From NCBI RefSeq assembly GCF_018143015.1, contig NC_054743.1:35275243-35339242 (forward strand): a DNA stretch of 64,000 bases, read 5' to 3'. Below are positions 46,835-59,700 of this stretch, piece after piece. The position numbers and the translations under genes are program-made. Numbering within the stretch: the stretch's first letter is position 1; every line of letters begins with the position of its first letter. Below the pieces are notes generated by a model. The model was not told the origin of the DNA, searched no databases, and was given only the letters and a program-made list of their open reading frames with translations. This DNA is from Lytechinus variegatus. Taxonomy: Eukaryota.

Positions 46835-49603
46835 ATCGTAATCAGGTGACCACTTCTTTAGTCCAGAACAGGCTTTAACAAAAGCTTCATCAAGTCTTTA
46901 ATAAAATACGAATCATCACGAATCCTGCGCCGCTTGCAGACGTCTCACAGATATTTTCAGCCAGATATGTGTCCATTTCTAATGTATGATTGTATTTAAT
47001 TCGTTAATTTTAAGTTTTGTTTACCAAGAGAGGCTCAGTCGGTGTATGGGTGAAGAAAGTCGAGATGGAAGAAAAATAAAGAAAATGATAAGTGATCTTT
47101 GAGTAGAATGAACGTGGCATTTGAGTAAAGGATAAGTGACATTTGAGCAAAAGATATGTGATCTTTGGGAAGTACAGTCAATACTGAATGGTTATCCAAT
47201 CTCCTTTCAATATTATTCGAGAATGATCAAGATTCGAATAATGAAATTGATCCATGACCAGGAATGTAATTTCCAAATTAATTCCGGGGAAAGTGAAATG
47301 TTTTATTCAACGGACAGTGTCGTTCATTAAATTTAATCATGTTAACGGTTGTTGTTGATTCAGAAGCACGTAGATCATGTAGATTCAATCATGGAGGTAA
47401 AAAGGTGATTTCTATGCTTAGCTATGATTGGTCACATTACCCACGTGATGTCATCAAAATCAATGACGTAATATATCAGCTAATCATACGCAATGGATTG
47501 ATATCATTACTGATTGACTTCTAATTGTGAAAATCATTGATCATGTCGCGATATGATTCCCGATTTAACAATATGGCTTTCCGGAATCTCTTCAAACAAA
47601 ATGGTTTAATAATCAGATTTCGATGAAAGCGTAAAGCGAATTCATTTCTTTGATATGATGACATTCGAGGAGCCCACGGTTGTTATCACGAAATGAGACG
47701 ATATGTTTGTAGAGATGATCGTGTTGCCAGAGGAGTGAAAGAGACAGACGTGTTCCTTGCCGGTTCAGTCTCCTGTAGATTCCAAGACGATGATGCTTCC
47801 TCCGACCATTCCATCAATTTCTCATCATCAATCATCTCTGATAGCGTGGATGTTTTTCAGCTCGAATCATCTCATTTCTTTTATCACACACGCAAAAAAA
47901 AATGCTATAGCTTCTCGATCGGAAGAAGGGGAGAGAATCACTCCGACAGCTGGATTTATTTCTAGGTTTACAGAGATCATCTAAAGTGACGTCTTAAGAT
48001 CGGAGGTAGCCGAAAGGATTTGGGGAGAAGTAGGAAGGAATGGATCGAATGCTGATAACCTACTTGACCCATTCATAAGCATCCCCAATCTCATCTCGAA
48101 CTCTACCCATCTCACGATGAGGATGCGTGCCTCATCCGATTCTCCTGATTTGGGATGTTGGCCAGGTTTCAAGCACTTGCTTCAATCTGAGGGCGAAAGA
48201 GAGAAAGAACACAATTGAGAAACGTGAATGTGTTTCATTTACTTGATTTAAGCCAACGTAGATAGGATGGCTAGAAGGAAATTGTTGCTCCTTCGTAGTG
48301 GCATCCAATCATGAAAATTGAAATCATGACAGATAATCTCTGTCCCAATTTTTCGTGATCATTCGTGTGGTTGTTTTTCTGTATTGAATCCTCCTGAATG
48401 CGACAGTACATATCTTGCAAATTGATTTCTAAGACACGAACCAAATTGTATTTTGTTGGAGGTTTAACAACTGATTAAGTTTCTCTGTGAAGCCTTCAAT
48501 ATCCATTTTAAAAAAATGTATATAAATGCAAAAATTTAAACAACCAATTTGAATTGCTCTTTAAAAAAAATCAAACCAAATTGATTGATTGGTTTCAACG
48601 GTGTAATAAGCCCCCACCCCCCCAAAAAATATAATAATAATACTAATGATGACTCCCACCCCAATGTTATATCTTAAACAATCTTAAACAGCAAAATTCA
48701 ACTTTTCAACTTTATTTCTTAATTAATAAGCATGTTTTTAAACTGTTAAACGATTAAGGAATATTTAGTAAACAGAGTTTTATGAAATTTTAATCAGCGA
48801 TATTACTGAATACTGGGACAAATAAATTCGCTGTGCTCTACAGCTGCTGTAGCTCTCTACTACAGGTATTCAACATACTTCTTCATGAATTCCGGTGTCA
48901 GCAAAATTTAATCCATTCGCCATGAGAGTTAATGAATCTTCGACCTTAAAGTGGAGCAGCGCGCGGCGTGGACTGAACAGCGGTGATATAATAAATTACG
49001 ACGCTAAATGGAGAACGGTGACTGGCTTCATTATCTTGTCGCGTTCCATACATGATATTGATGTCATCAACTTTACTACAGACAAAGAGGGAGTTGGGAA
49101 AGAAGATGGCCGATCTTATAATTAATGAGTGAGAGAGATTGCTCGTGTCTTGCTTCATTTACGACCATGCCTTTACATCGTCTCAAAATAAAATACGTTT
49201 AAAAAAAACCCCAGCATAACCATCTCTACAGAGTATTCGTGACGTCCACAGCATCCCTAAAGTTATATTCGAAGAAAGTTCACTTCCGATTAAATTGCAT
49301 CTCAAGAGCGAAATTAAAAGTTTTGCTTAATATCCTATTGCTAGTCAGTATTAAAACAAATATGTATATAAAATATATAGTAATCGATAATTCAATTGAT
49401 CTCATGAGCATGTGACACACAGATTAGTAACTTATCGTAGGACTGATTTAAACGATTGATTATATACACAAAAATCAATTCAATCGATCGTAGAACTCAG
49501 CCCCACGATCAGTCGCTGTGCTTTATGTTACCGGGCCCAGATAGATAAGGACAATTTGAGGAATTTCGTGTTTCACCTTTTCAAAAGTTTAAACGAGACT
49601 TAT

Positions 49604-49754
49604 GGGGAGCCTTTCATAAACGTTCGTCACCCGCCAAGTTGTTATATTTGACAACTTTCCTTGTTTTTGATTGGCTAAGAGGCACGGGTGTCCGATTATT
49701 ACCATGGTAACTGTCGAATAAAACATCCGATAAGACCTTTCATGAAACGCTCCC
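49604..49754. mobile_element. MITE family B copy, inverted relative to 21134-21290
   Basis: It reads ggggagcctttcataaacg ... ttgattggctaagaggc ... cctttcatgaaacgctccc. Confidence 0.6.
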
Positions 49755-50220
49755 AAGGAGTAAAATGATGCATACGGAGTAAAATGAAAATACTGTATGA
49801 GGTGCTTGTGAGGATGAATCAAGCAATCTTTGAATAATTCACAGAAGTCTGAGAGACATACGGGTTGCTATGGCAACAGCAGGGAAGATGGTTCATAAAA
49901 GTGTAATGAACTAGGTACTATGATTTCCCATCATGTCCATGCATGGTAAACTACAGTGTATGATAAACCACAGCTCTGGAAATTTCTGCTTCCAATGGGA
50001 TGGCACTCATCTTTTATTCCCCTTGATAATAAGCTGGAAAACATAAATTCATAAATATACGCCAACGACAAGCACAACCACTGTAATGTGAGATGATAAA
50101 AGGAGGTATTCGTTCAACGACATAACCAAAATTTGAATATTATGTGGATCAATATATTATGTTGGTTTTTATTTATCAGGAAAATTATATCAGTACTATC
50201 ATTTTGAGACAGCAATTATT

Positions 50221-50486
50221 ATCATCGTCATCATCATCATCACCCCTACCACCACAACCACCACCACCAGGTCCACCACCACATGATCATCGTCGTCGTC
50301 ATCATCATCATCATTATCATCACCATCATTAACATCATCACCACCACCATCACCACCACCACCACCATCATCATCATAACCATTACCACCACCATCGTCG
50401 TCGTCGTCATCATCATCATCACTATCGCCATCATCACCATCACCATCATCATCACCATCATCACCACCATCGTCATCATCATCGTC

Positions 50487-50518
<32 letters not shown>

Positions 50519-50820
50519 CACCATCATCATCATCACCACCATCATCATCATCATATCATCACCACCACCATCATCATCATCACCACCACATCATCATCAT
50601 CACCATCATCATCATCACCACCATCATCATCATCACCACCATCATCATCATCACCACCACCATCATCATCATCACCACCACCATCATCATCATCATCATC
50701 ATCATCACCACCATCATCATCATCATCATCACCACCACCATCATCATCATCACCACCATCATCATCATCATCACCACCACCATCATCATCATCACCACCA
50801 CCACCATCATCATCACCATC

Positions 50821-50852
<32 letters not shown>

Positions 50853-50890
50853 CGTCATCATCACCGCCACTACCATCTTCACCATCACCA
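50221..50890. repeat. Very long (CAT/CACCAT/CATCGT)n microsatellite of about 670 nt
   Basis: Direct reading shows the repeat. The 223-aa poly-His ORF (50283..50954 +) and the poly-Met/Val ORFs on the - strand are artefacts of it. Confidence 0.95.
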
Positions 50891-51269
50891 TTCAGAGTCA
50901 GATCTTCAAGACTATCCGTTCCATGCTCGGGGTGGACAAATCATTCTCCAATAACACCACAAAGTGCTTTAATCCCAAATGAATCGGTGAAAATTCCTGT
51001 TCTGCCGGAGAGATGAAGAGGCGATTGACCATTTTAGGAAAGAAATAGGACATGCTTGAGGTTAAAATCGAATACGAGATTGAATCAGTCACGCGGACGT
51101 AGATCGTGTAGAATATATATGGTTCCGTGCTTACATTATTAGATTTCACGCAAGCAACTCTACATTCGTAAAGGTCTTCGCGTTCGAAAACGACCCGGAG
51201 GGACTGAAAAAAGCAGTTGATGAATTAATCTGTCGGTGATGATAATGGTAGTAATTAAGTCTAGTGGTT

Positions 51270-51412
51270 ATGATGATAGTGACTGTGATGATGATGATGG
51301 TGATGATGATGATGATAATAATGATGATGATGATGATGATGGGGATGATGATGATGACGATGATGACGATTATGATGATGATGATGATTTTGACGATGAT
51401 GACGACGACGAT
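51270..51412. repeat. (GAT)n microsatellite
   Basis: Direct reading shows the repeat. The poly-Asp ORF 51236..51460 is an artefact of it. Confidence 0.9.
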
Positions 51413-52042
51413 ACCACTCTCTTACAAAGAAATATTTTGGATATGTTCGGTAAAGCTTAGAACCATTCTGCATAAATGAAGCCCATAACAAGAACAGAAT
51501 CAGCCAACATCTTTTAAATGTGGGCCTATGACTAAAAGATTCCATACATCAGCCGTTCGAGTCGTAGATTTCTTGAAAGAAAAAGTATGAAGCAAGAAAA
51601 TTCCTTTACAATTACATAAGGGATATTTTTATGAAGCTGCGCTGCTGCAAAGACAGAGTGATCACATTTCCAACAGTTGTTTTGTGCATGGTTTAAGAAC
51701 ATCTTCGTCGATATCTTTTTGTTAAATATGTACTAATGTAAACAAGCCCAAAATCAATATTCCGGTAGGAGCTAAAATGTTTGTCTATATCACGGTGTGA
51801 ATAGAATCGCGACTATCTTGTAACAGGTGGAAAAACATCAAGTGTATATTGGTTTCATTCAGAAATAATATTTTGATAAGTGTCTTTTGAATCTTGGGCA
51901 TCTCGTCGAAAACCTTTTATCCCCAAAACGCATGTGATTTTGGTATGCGTTTCATTATTTTCATTAGAAATGTAGGCCTATATGGACTATGGTATCATCA
52001 TATTTTTCCTTTTATATCGTTGGTTATTTTCAAATTATTATT

Positions 52043-52605
52043 ATCATCATTACCATCGTCACCACAATCGTCATCGTCTCCACCATCATCATCATCATCA
52101 TCATCCATCATCATCATCATCATTACATCATCATCATCATCATCTACACCATCATCAATACATCATCATCATCATCTACACCATCATCATCATCTTCACC
52201 ATCATCATTACATCATCATCATCATCATCTACACCATCATCATTACATCATCATCATCATCATCTACACCATCATCATCATCATCTACACCATCATCATC
52301 ATCACCATCATCATCCATCATCTACATCATCATCATTCATCATCATCACCATCATCATCATTGTCGTCATCATCATCATCATCATCTACACCATCATCAT
52401 CATCACTATCATCATCATCATCATCGTCACCATCATCATCATCATCGTCACCACCATCATCACCACCATGGCATCTTCCTCCTTCTCCTCATCACCATCA
52501 CCACCACCACCACCCTCATCATTATCCACCATCCCTGCACAATCCCTACCACCAACAAGCACAATAACACTATCCTTATCATCATCACCACCATTTTCAT
52601 CATCA
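52043..52605. repeat. (CAT)n microsatellite with an about 42-nt higher-order unit (catcatcatcatctacaccatcatcattacat)
   Basis: Direct reading shows the repeat. The poly-His, poly-Ser and poly-Ile ORFs at 51894..52683 are artefacts of it. Confidence 0.9.
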
Positions 52606-55548
52606 GACAGCGTGAACCGGACAACGACAAGAAAAAACACTAATATTCGTATCCAATACCATGACAAAAATGTTTATAGATAATAACTCTACAATACCAT
52701 GGATACGATGCTTTGGAAATATTATTTTCGAAGACCATTTCTACGCGACATTTCAAATAAACTCCGTTTTCATGTCTGTTTTATCATGGAGCTAGCAGAG
52801 AGCTCTATGGTTTTATCGTACCTGTCTGGAGAATAACACCCTTCGCATGGCTCACAATAAACCTAAAAAAACGAGAGTAATAATTCTACTTCTAATACAA
52901 TCCGACAGCCCTTGCAATTCATAATCCATGTTGATGGGATGCAATATCAAGGTTCGTGCCTTGTCTGGAGTCCAACAGCTTCGGGTTAAAGTTCATGTAC
53001 CAAGGAATATCTCGCAAATGTCATTAACAGCTACAGAAATAGGTAGTAGTCTTACCCCAATTTGTCTTGATTTCCATTTTTTTCCCTCCTCGATTTCTTT
53101 CACGAAATGCGTCATGGACAAAATGAGATACCCCCTCCCCGTTTTTGTTTTAATCTATGTAATATATTCACGTTGGCCTATACAGGTGATATCTCTTCAC
53201 AGACATATTCAAACATAGAGAAAGGTTGAAAGTAGGTTTTGGCGCCCTTAATTTTCAAGCTTTAGAACTACACTGTGAGCGTCCCTTTTTGCTCGGAATT
53301 GGTAATTACAATTATCACAAACCTCATCCGTACCTATCCTGTACAAGGAGTAGTATATAGTCTACTACACAAAAAATATTAATTATTAATCATGATCATG
53401 CTCAGGTTGCGAACGCGTCAAGAATGATGCGGAGTATATGAGTGGTTGCCTTTTTCGCCGAGTCAAGCCCTACCCCCTCCATGCACGCAGAACGCAATCT
53501 CATTATGAATTATACACGGATCAGGGAGCATGATATTCCATTGTAATAGCTTTGTCAACAAAGACCACAGCAAACATAAAAGCTGAGATTGTTAGCTCGA
53601 TGGTTATATTCATAAAATCAACAGTGGTACTGGTGGCATAGTAAAGCGATATACAAAACCGCACCATTGATGCCGGGGTGACGCCGCCGTGTAAAAGCAG
53701 AAACCAAATCAAAGGCCTGCAAGGTGGGCCGACAGCCAAGGCTTTTCATGTAAATTTCAAACAGGGAATAGTATAAATATGGAGATATATAGGCCTATAT
53801 CTCCATGGCATAAACTAAGTATAAACCAAGAGCCGGGACTGAGAGTAATTTATGAAAAACATTTTGAGATAAGACGATCGAGAAGCAACCATATTTGCGT
53901 TACACCCACTCTGGCCTAATCGTTCATGAGCACATATTCATTTTCATCCACCTGAAAGACAAATCAGGTAAAATGGCCTATAGATATAAAAGGGGCGATT
54001 AACTGGGTGGAATTATATATTTAGTTATTATTTCAATATTTTCTAGTTATAATCAACTGGGACACAGTTATTTTTACTAGAATAAGTGTAGGTAAGAATA
54101 CTAGTAACTGATTAGATATTCAATTGCGTCCAGCCATAGGCCCATGGTCCAACTGTCTACTGTCCAATATTATGTAGTGATTTGAACGATTTTATGTTGA
54201 CAAAGTACAATGAAAATAGATATATCGTAACGAATAACGTGATGTCGATCCATGTATGAGAAAAGAGGCAAAATAGGACGAATCTTGGAGGTGCCGAGTT
54301 GATATTAACAGGTGCCTATAATATGTAGAGACACGGATGGACCAATGAGATGAATTTGTTAATTAGCAAAGAAGAAAAATGGCTAAAAGTACTATTACTA
54401 TTAGCTGCAGTGAAGGCTGAGTTTACGGACTCGGAGAGGGAGGGGGGGGGGGGGTGGGGTGATACGGACTGAAGGGCAACATATTGGATACCGATGCATC
54501 TACGATAATCATAAGTCATTAGATATAGGTTAATGACAATGTTCCTGGGAGTTAGCTTAAAATCATTATTTTATATAAAATCGAGTACGCAGTCATTATC
54601 ATTTATCTAGATGAAAACAATTCATGATAATAGAACGTACCTGACATGCCCCTTTCTCAAGTTCAGATTATTCCTCTCTATAATTCCAATGCTGTATAGA
54701 ATTTTCTCTCACTGGTTTAATCGCTTTACGATGGAGAAACGGGGACAGTGTCCCCAAGCACTCACAGCTGGTATACCGATGTCGAGAGCTCACACGTTCA
54801 CTAACGATCAAGTTCAAAGATGATTTTGCCACTTGCCTGGAGGGGCTTCGCTCGCGTGCTCCAATGATTGCATCGCTCGCTTTAGAATCGCTATTTCGCA
54901 ACGGTGCAAAAAAAGAAGAAAAAAAGGAGAGAAAACCGAGAAGTACAGAAAATGGAGCACGCCCTCTTGTGATGATAGTATCCACAATTGTATTCAAGAT
55001 CATTGAATTCAGTAAAATATTGAAAACCATTTAGGCCAATGTTTCTCAACCTTTTTCACAGAGTGTATTTTTACATATAAAAACGATAAGACAGTCATCA
55101 CTATTGATCCCGTGTATCTGATGCGAAGAAGAACAAATACTGCATGTAAATTTGTTTTCAATCCCAAAACTGGTTAAAGCATAAATTCTAGCCAATGATG
55201 ACAATAGTCAATACCTATTCACAAAATCAAATACAATGTTACAAAATTGAATAGAATACCGAGTGTCATTTTGGCGACAGAGCTATCATGCCTAATCGGG
55301 CTTGGCGTGTTCGATGTCGCCATTTCTACTTACAATGTTTATATGTTGACATGATAAGGTATCTGGTCATCTCGCCAAGTATAGGGTGGCGCTTCTTTAA
55401 GCTTCCAAATGTTTGCACTTTGTCTCCACGCGTCTGCTAATATGTGATGCTATATTCTCCAGTGAGCACTGATTGATGAAGGTTTTTTTTTGTCATGTTA
55501 TATGATAAAAAATGCGTTCTCATGTTATTATGTTACGAGATAACTTAT

Positions 55549-55626
55549 ACAAAAATAATGCATCATTTCGATATCGAGTTATAATAACAATTATAACTCG
55601 ATGTCGAAATGATGCATTATTTTTGT
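55549..55626. repeat. Isolated 37-nt-arm palindrome with 1 mismatch and a 4-nt spacer
   Basis: The arm acaaaaataatgcatcatttcgatatcgagttataat, then aaca, then attataactcgatgtcgaaatgatgcattatttttgt. Confidence 0.8.
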
Positions 55627-56086
55627 CGGACAAGACATTGCGCATAGGACACATTTTTCTATGTACAAATTTGCCTTATAAATAAAAAATACATTTTATG
55701 AAAGAGCTTAACATAATATGGAGAAAAAGATATATTTGACCTCTTGTCCCTTTCCTTTTCCATTTTCTCCTTTTTATTTTTTTTTGAAGGGGGGGGGGCA
55801 TGCCCATAATTGATGAATTGATAATTGATCTGTACGCCAGTGATACATATAATAAATAGGATATCATGGTAAATCTCAGACTGCATTTTCTTTCGTCAGC
55901 AGCCGCCACGCACATGCGGACTTATTTTTAATAAACCATTTTGAAGAAAGGATAACAAAAGTGATTTGGCGGAAGTTATATCCAAAAAATAAAATCACCC
56001 TTCTCAGAGGTTACATACCTGCTCTTTCAGACACTGTACTGTCTGTACATGTTCCTCGATCAAAGAAAATAACCAAGGAACTCAGA

Positions 56087-56732
56087 GGCCCGAATTCACA
56101 AAGGTGGTTTTTGCCAAAACCATGATTTCAACAACCGTGGGTTTTACTGATTTTGCGATTCAAAAAGGTGGTTTCAAATGAAACCATGGCTTTCCCGAGG
56201 TTTTTCGGCACGATTTTAAGTCAACTGTTTCAGGTGGTTTCAAACCATGGCTTTTACAAGAAACCATGGTTTATAGACACATTGACCAATCACAGAACAG
56301 TATTTCGGTACATTACTGAGCTATGGAGATAGACGACGATAAATATATTTGCACAAAAAGAAAAGAAGCGAAGCGTTTATTGTTGGTATTAGCAGAGCTG
56401 CATGTGAGAACATCGTGAGTAATTGACCATTTTATAGCGACGATGAATATTTTCAGTACCCGCTAAAAATGGGAAATCCCTGGTTTTGAGGTAAAACCCA
56501 CGGTTTAAACCATGGTTTCATTTGAGACCACTGTTGAAACCATGGTTTCAATAGAGACCACTGTTGAAACCATGGTTTCATTAGAGACCACTGCTGAAAC
56601 CGTGGGTTTTAGAAAGCATCGTTTGTGAATCGCAGGTTTTAGAAAACCATGATTACATGGTTTCTAAAACCCACAGTTTCTAAAAAAAAAAAACCCATAG
56701 TTTGAACGAAACCACCTTTGTGAGTTCGGGCC
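56087..56732. mobile_element. About 646-nt nonautonomous DNA-transposon-like element with 24-nt TIRs ggcccgaattcacaaaggtggttt / aaaccacctttgtgagttcgggcc
   Basis: The TIRs have 1 mismatch. The subterminal regions carry multiple copies of the palindromic box gaaaccatggtttc, including 3 tandem 25-nt units at about 56524-56600. No target-site duplication is obvious. Confidence 0.7.
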
Positions 56733-59700
56733 AAAGTGTTGTGCTTCTTTTGAGGATCCCTGTCCCTGCTTCATTTCCATCATTTCATTTTAAAAATTAT
56801 TTCCACTGATTGTCTAACACAGCACCAATTTTAGCATAGATAAGAAAATCATTTGCGTCTGGATGATCTTCAACAACACGGAATAGAGCTATATCAGTTA
56901 TACAGTACAGAAATGAAAGAGCAAAGAGGAATCAAGCGACAACAACTTGGAGGTATAATAATTCCTACCATAATGTGGAGGTAACAATACATTTCGGATG
57001 GTGACGTTGAACATAAAAGGTAGGTGCCAGAATTAAATTATCATATCTGTCTGATAACACGTTTGTAAAATTCAATCAAAATACACACTCAGTCATCAAT
57101 TGCCCGGTGCCTTGCTTTAAACGCGCTAATTATGAAGGCAACGGTTCGAATCTCGCTCTTCTTTGAAGATTTTTTTTTTTGCTCGAAGATTATGAATTGA
57201 TAACATTAGCAATATTGGATTAGTGGAGTGGGCTGCATACACTTTGAGCAGCACTCGCCAACTTTAAAAAATAACTTCGTGAAATAAAATCAAGGAGAAT
57301 CATATATGGTTCTATTTTGTTTTCTTTAATGTCAGAAGAACTGCAAAATCTATTAATGCTCCAACAGATCTCGTGGTTTCGACTTTTGTTTTTCAAAGGG
57401 TCCTGGATTGGAATCCCATGGCGTGTTTTCCTTCAGCAAGAAGTTTGTCCATAAGGTGCCGCACTCGACCTAGGTGAGGTAAATGGGTATCGGGTAAAGT
57501 GGTACGTGATTGGCGTGATAGCTCGCGCCAAAGTCGGGGTAATAAGAATTGCTCTTGAATCGTCTGGCAAGTGTTACAAATCTAGCTACATGTGCCATCA
57601 TTAGTATAATTTCTCACCTCGTGTATCTGATCCTTGCGAATTAAACACCCCTTGTAGGACGGTTGAGGACTCCACGGCCATTGTTTATAAACTGACCACC
57701 AATCTTGTCATTTCTTGTAGGCCGGGAACGAAGAAAAAAGACTTATCATGTGGATATTGGATGGACCATGCATGGAACCATTGAATGCCCGTAAGTGGAC
57801 ACCAGCTGTATTAATTTAAGAAGTAAATTGCACGAAGACCTCTTGAATAGCGTGCTTGTTTGTCGTGTTTCCAGTTAAGTGGTGGTCTTAAGCTACAGTC
57901 ATATCTGTGAAACCGACTCCAAACCGACTGACGATACGCCATTAAAAATAACGTATTTGCTTTGACCCGACTGGGATTGGTTTCACCATTGTGACTATAG
58001 AATAAAGATGAACTGAAGCGAATCATCCAATGGCTTTTTATCATTGTCATCACCTTAAGTAGGGGAAATCGCATCCAAGCGACGAGAAGTTTGACAATAA
58101 AGTGATGACAGAACTTTAACGCTTCAATATTATTGTATTACGTAACGTAACTGAGGTTTCACTTCAGGACGTCAAAAAGGACCAGTTTAAAGCGTAAATA
58201 GCCAGGACGTGCATGGGATCGGAGGGGTGATGGAAATTGTCTCCATTTGGGAGGATCCCGAAATAGGGGCTAAAAATGATTGTTTCCTCAAAAGTTACGA
58301 GAGTTCCTGATAAAACCGGATAATTTGACTAGTCTCATACACACTCTAAACATTGATGTTACATTGCTTTTATTTGTAATGATCCTAACCCTTTGATATC
58401 TTATAGTTAGACATACATTTATAACTAATAATACAATTAGTAGTATTAAAAATAGTCACTGTTCCCTTTTAATAATTTAAAATATTTTAGTTTGATTCAT
58501 ATTTGTTTATTTATGTTACTAAGTATTGTTATCTTTGATTTAGATTTTGACTTTATTTTCATGTATGATGTGATGATTTTTTTTTGTTCTTTACGTTTTC
58601 ATCAGGTCATTGATGAAAAACATCCCGAAACGCGTGCTATAAATGGTTGTATGCTTAATGTTACGCGGAAAACAAGCCCCCACTTTTACACTGTTTTGGA
58701 AAATGATGTAATTCATTCAAATAACATGAATTAGCAAGGGGTGAGGCAATCAATATTATCACGAAGGACTCTTTCTATTTAAGGGATGGGGGGGGGGGTG
58801 GAGGTTGTGTTTCCAGGTAGAAAGAAATTATTTCATGCACAATTTATGAGCATTTTGAGAATATTTATGAATGATACTTTCCCCCCCCAAAAAAAAAAAG
58901 GTCTAACAAACCGGCCTGTTTTAGATACAGATAAAATAATGCAGCTGTTCCCAAGGTAAAAATTATGTGAATATAGGCTGATAATAATTTTATCTTAACG
59001 GTTACATATGCAATTATCAAATTATGACACACTTAAAAAAAGAGAAGTGAGAACAAAATATATGTATTTGCAAAACTACTTCATTCTTATTTAGTATAGC
59101 AATATTTCTTTACGAAAGGGAAGATGCACATAAAATCTTTCACATTTGTGATACATCATTAAATGTCAATGAATCAATAAAGCTATATCAACAATCCTTC
59201 TTTGCGTATCACAGCCTCTATGTAACACCTAAATAAATCTAAAGAAGTTGTTTTATAATAGACAATTGATTTGATCTTGCTTAAAAATGAATTTAGCCGT
59301 TAATCAAATGGACATTCTGAATTCATAATAGTGCAAGAGGGTTCAAAGTGAAGATGTGTGAATAATAAGGGCATTTTTCTTTCAATGACTTCTCTCTACC
59401 CAGGAGAGTAAAGGTGTGGTATGAATAGACCATTGTTTTCGGGAATATGAAGCATTGAACAAAATGGGTGATATTCTGATCATCAAACCAAGGTTTAACC
59501 CTAGTCTGAACAAGAAATTTAAACCACAATTCTATGGAATGCTGGGCTTCATAATATTTCTTCCATATTCATGGAAATCAGGTATAATGTACCAATTTAA
59601 TTCATTAAAATTTATTCTATTTTTCCTATTCTTCTCATTTCACGACTCAATTATATTTTTTGACATTTTCAGCAGGATCAGAATAATTTTTAATTGGTGA

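Noticed and set aside
50283-50954. 223-aa poly-His ORF, together with the overlapping poly-Met/Val ORFs and the similar His/Ser/Ile-rich ORFs at 51894-52683, 25714-26112, 3641-3917 and 15441-15773
   Set aside because: All of these are translations of (CAT)n, (GAT)n or (ATC)n microsatellites. They have no start or splice context, and every frame on both strands is open. They are not genes.
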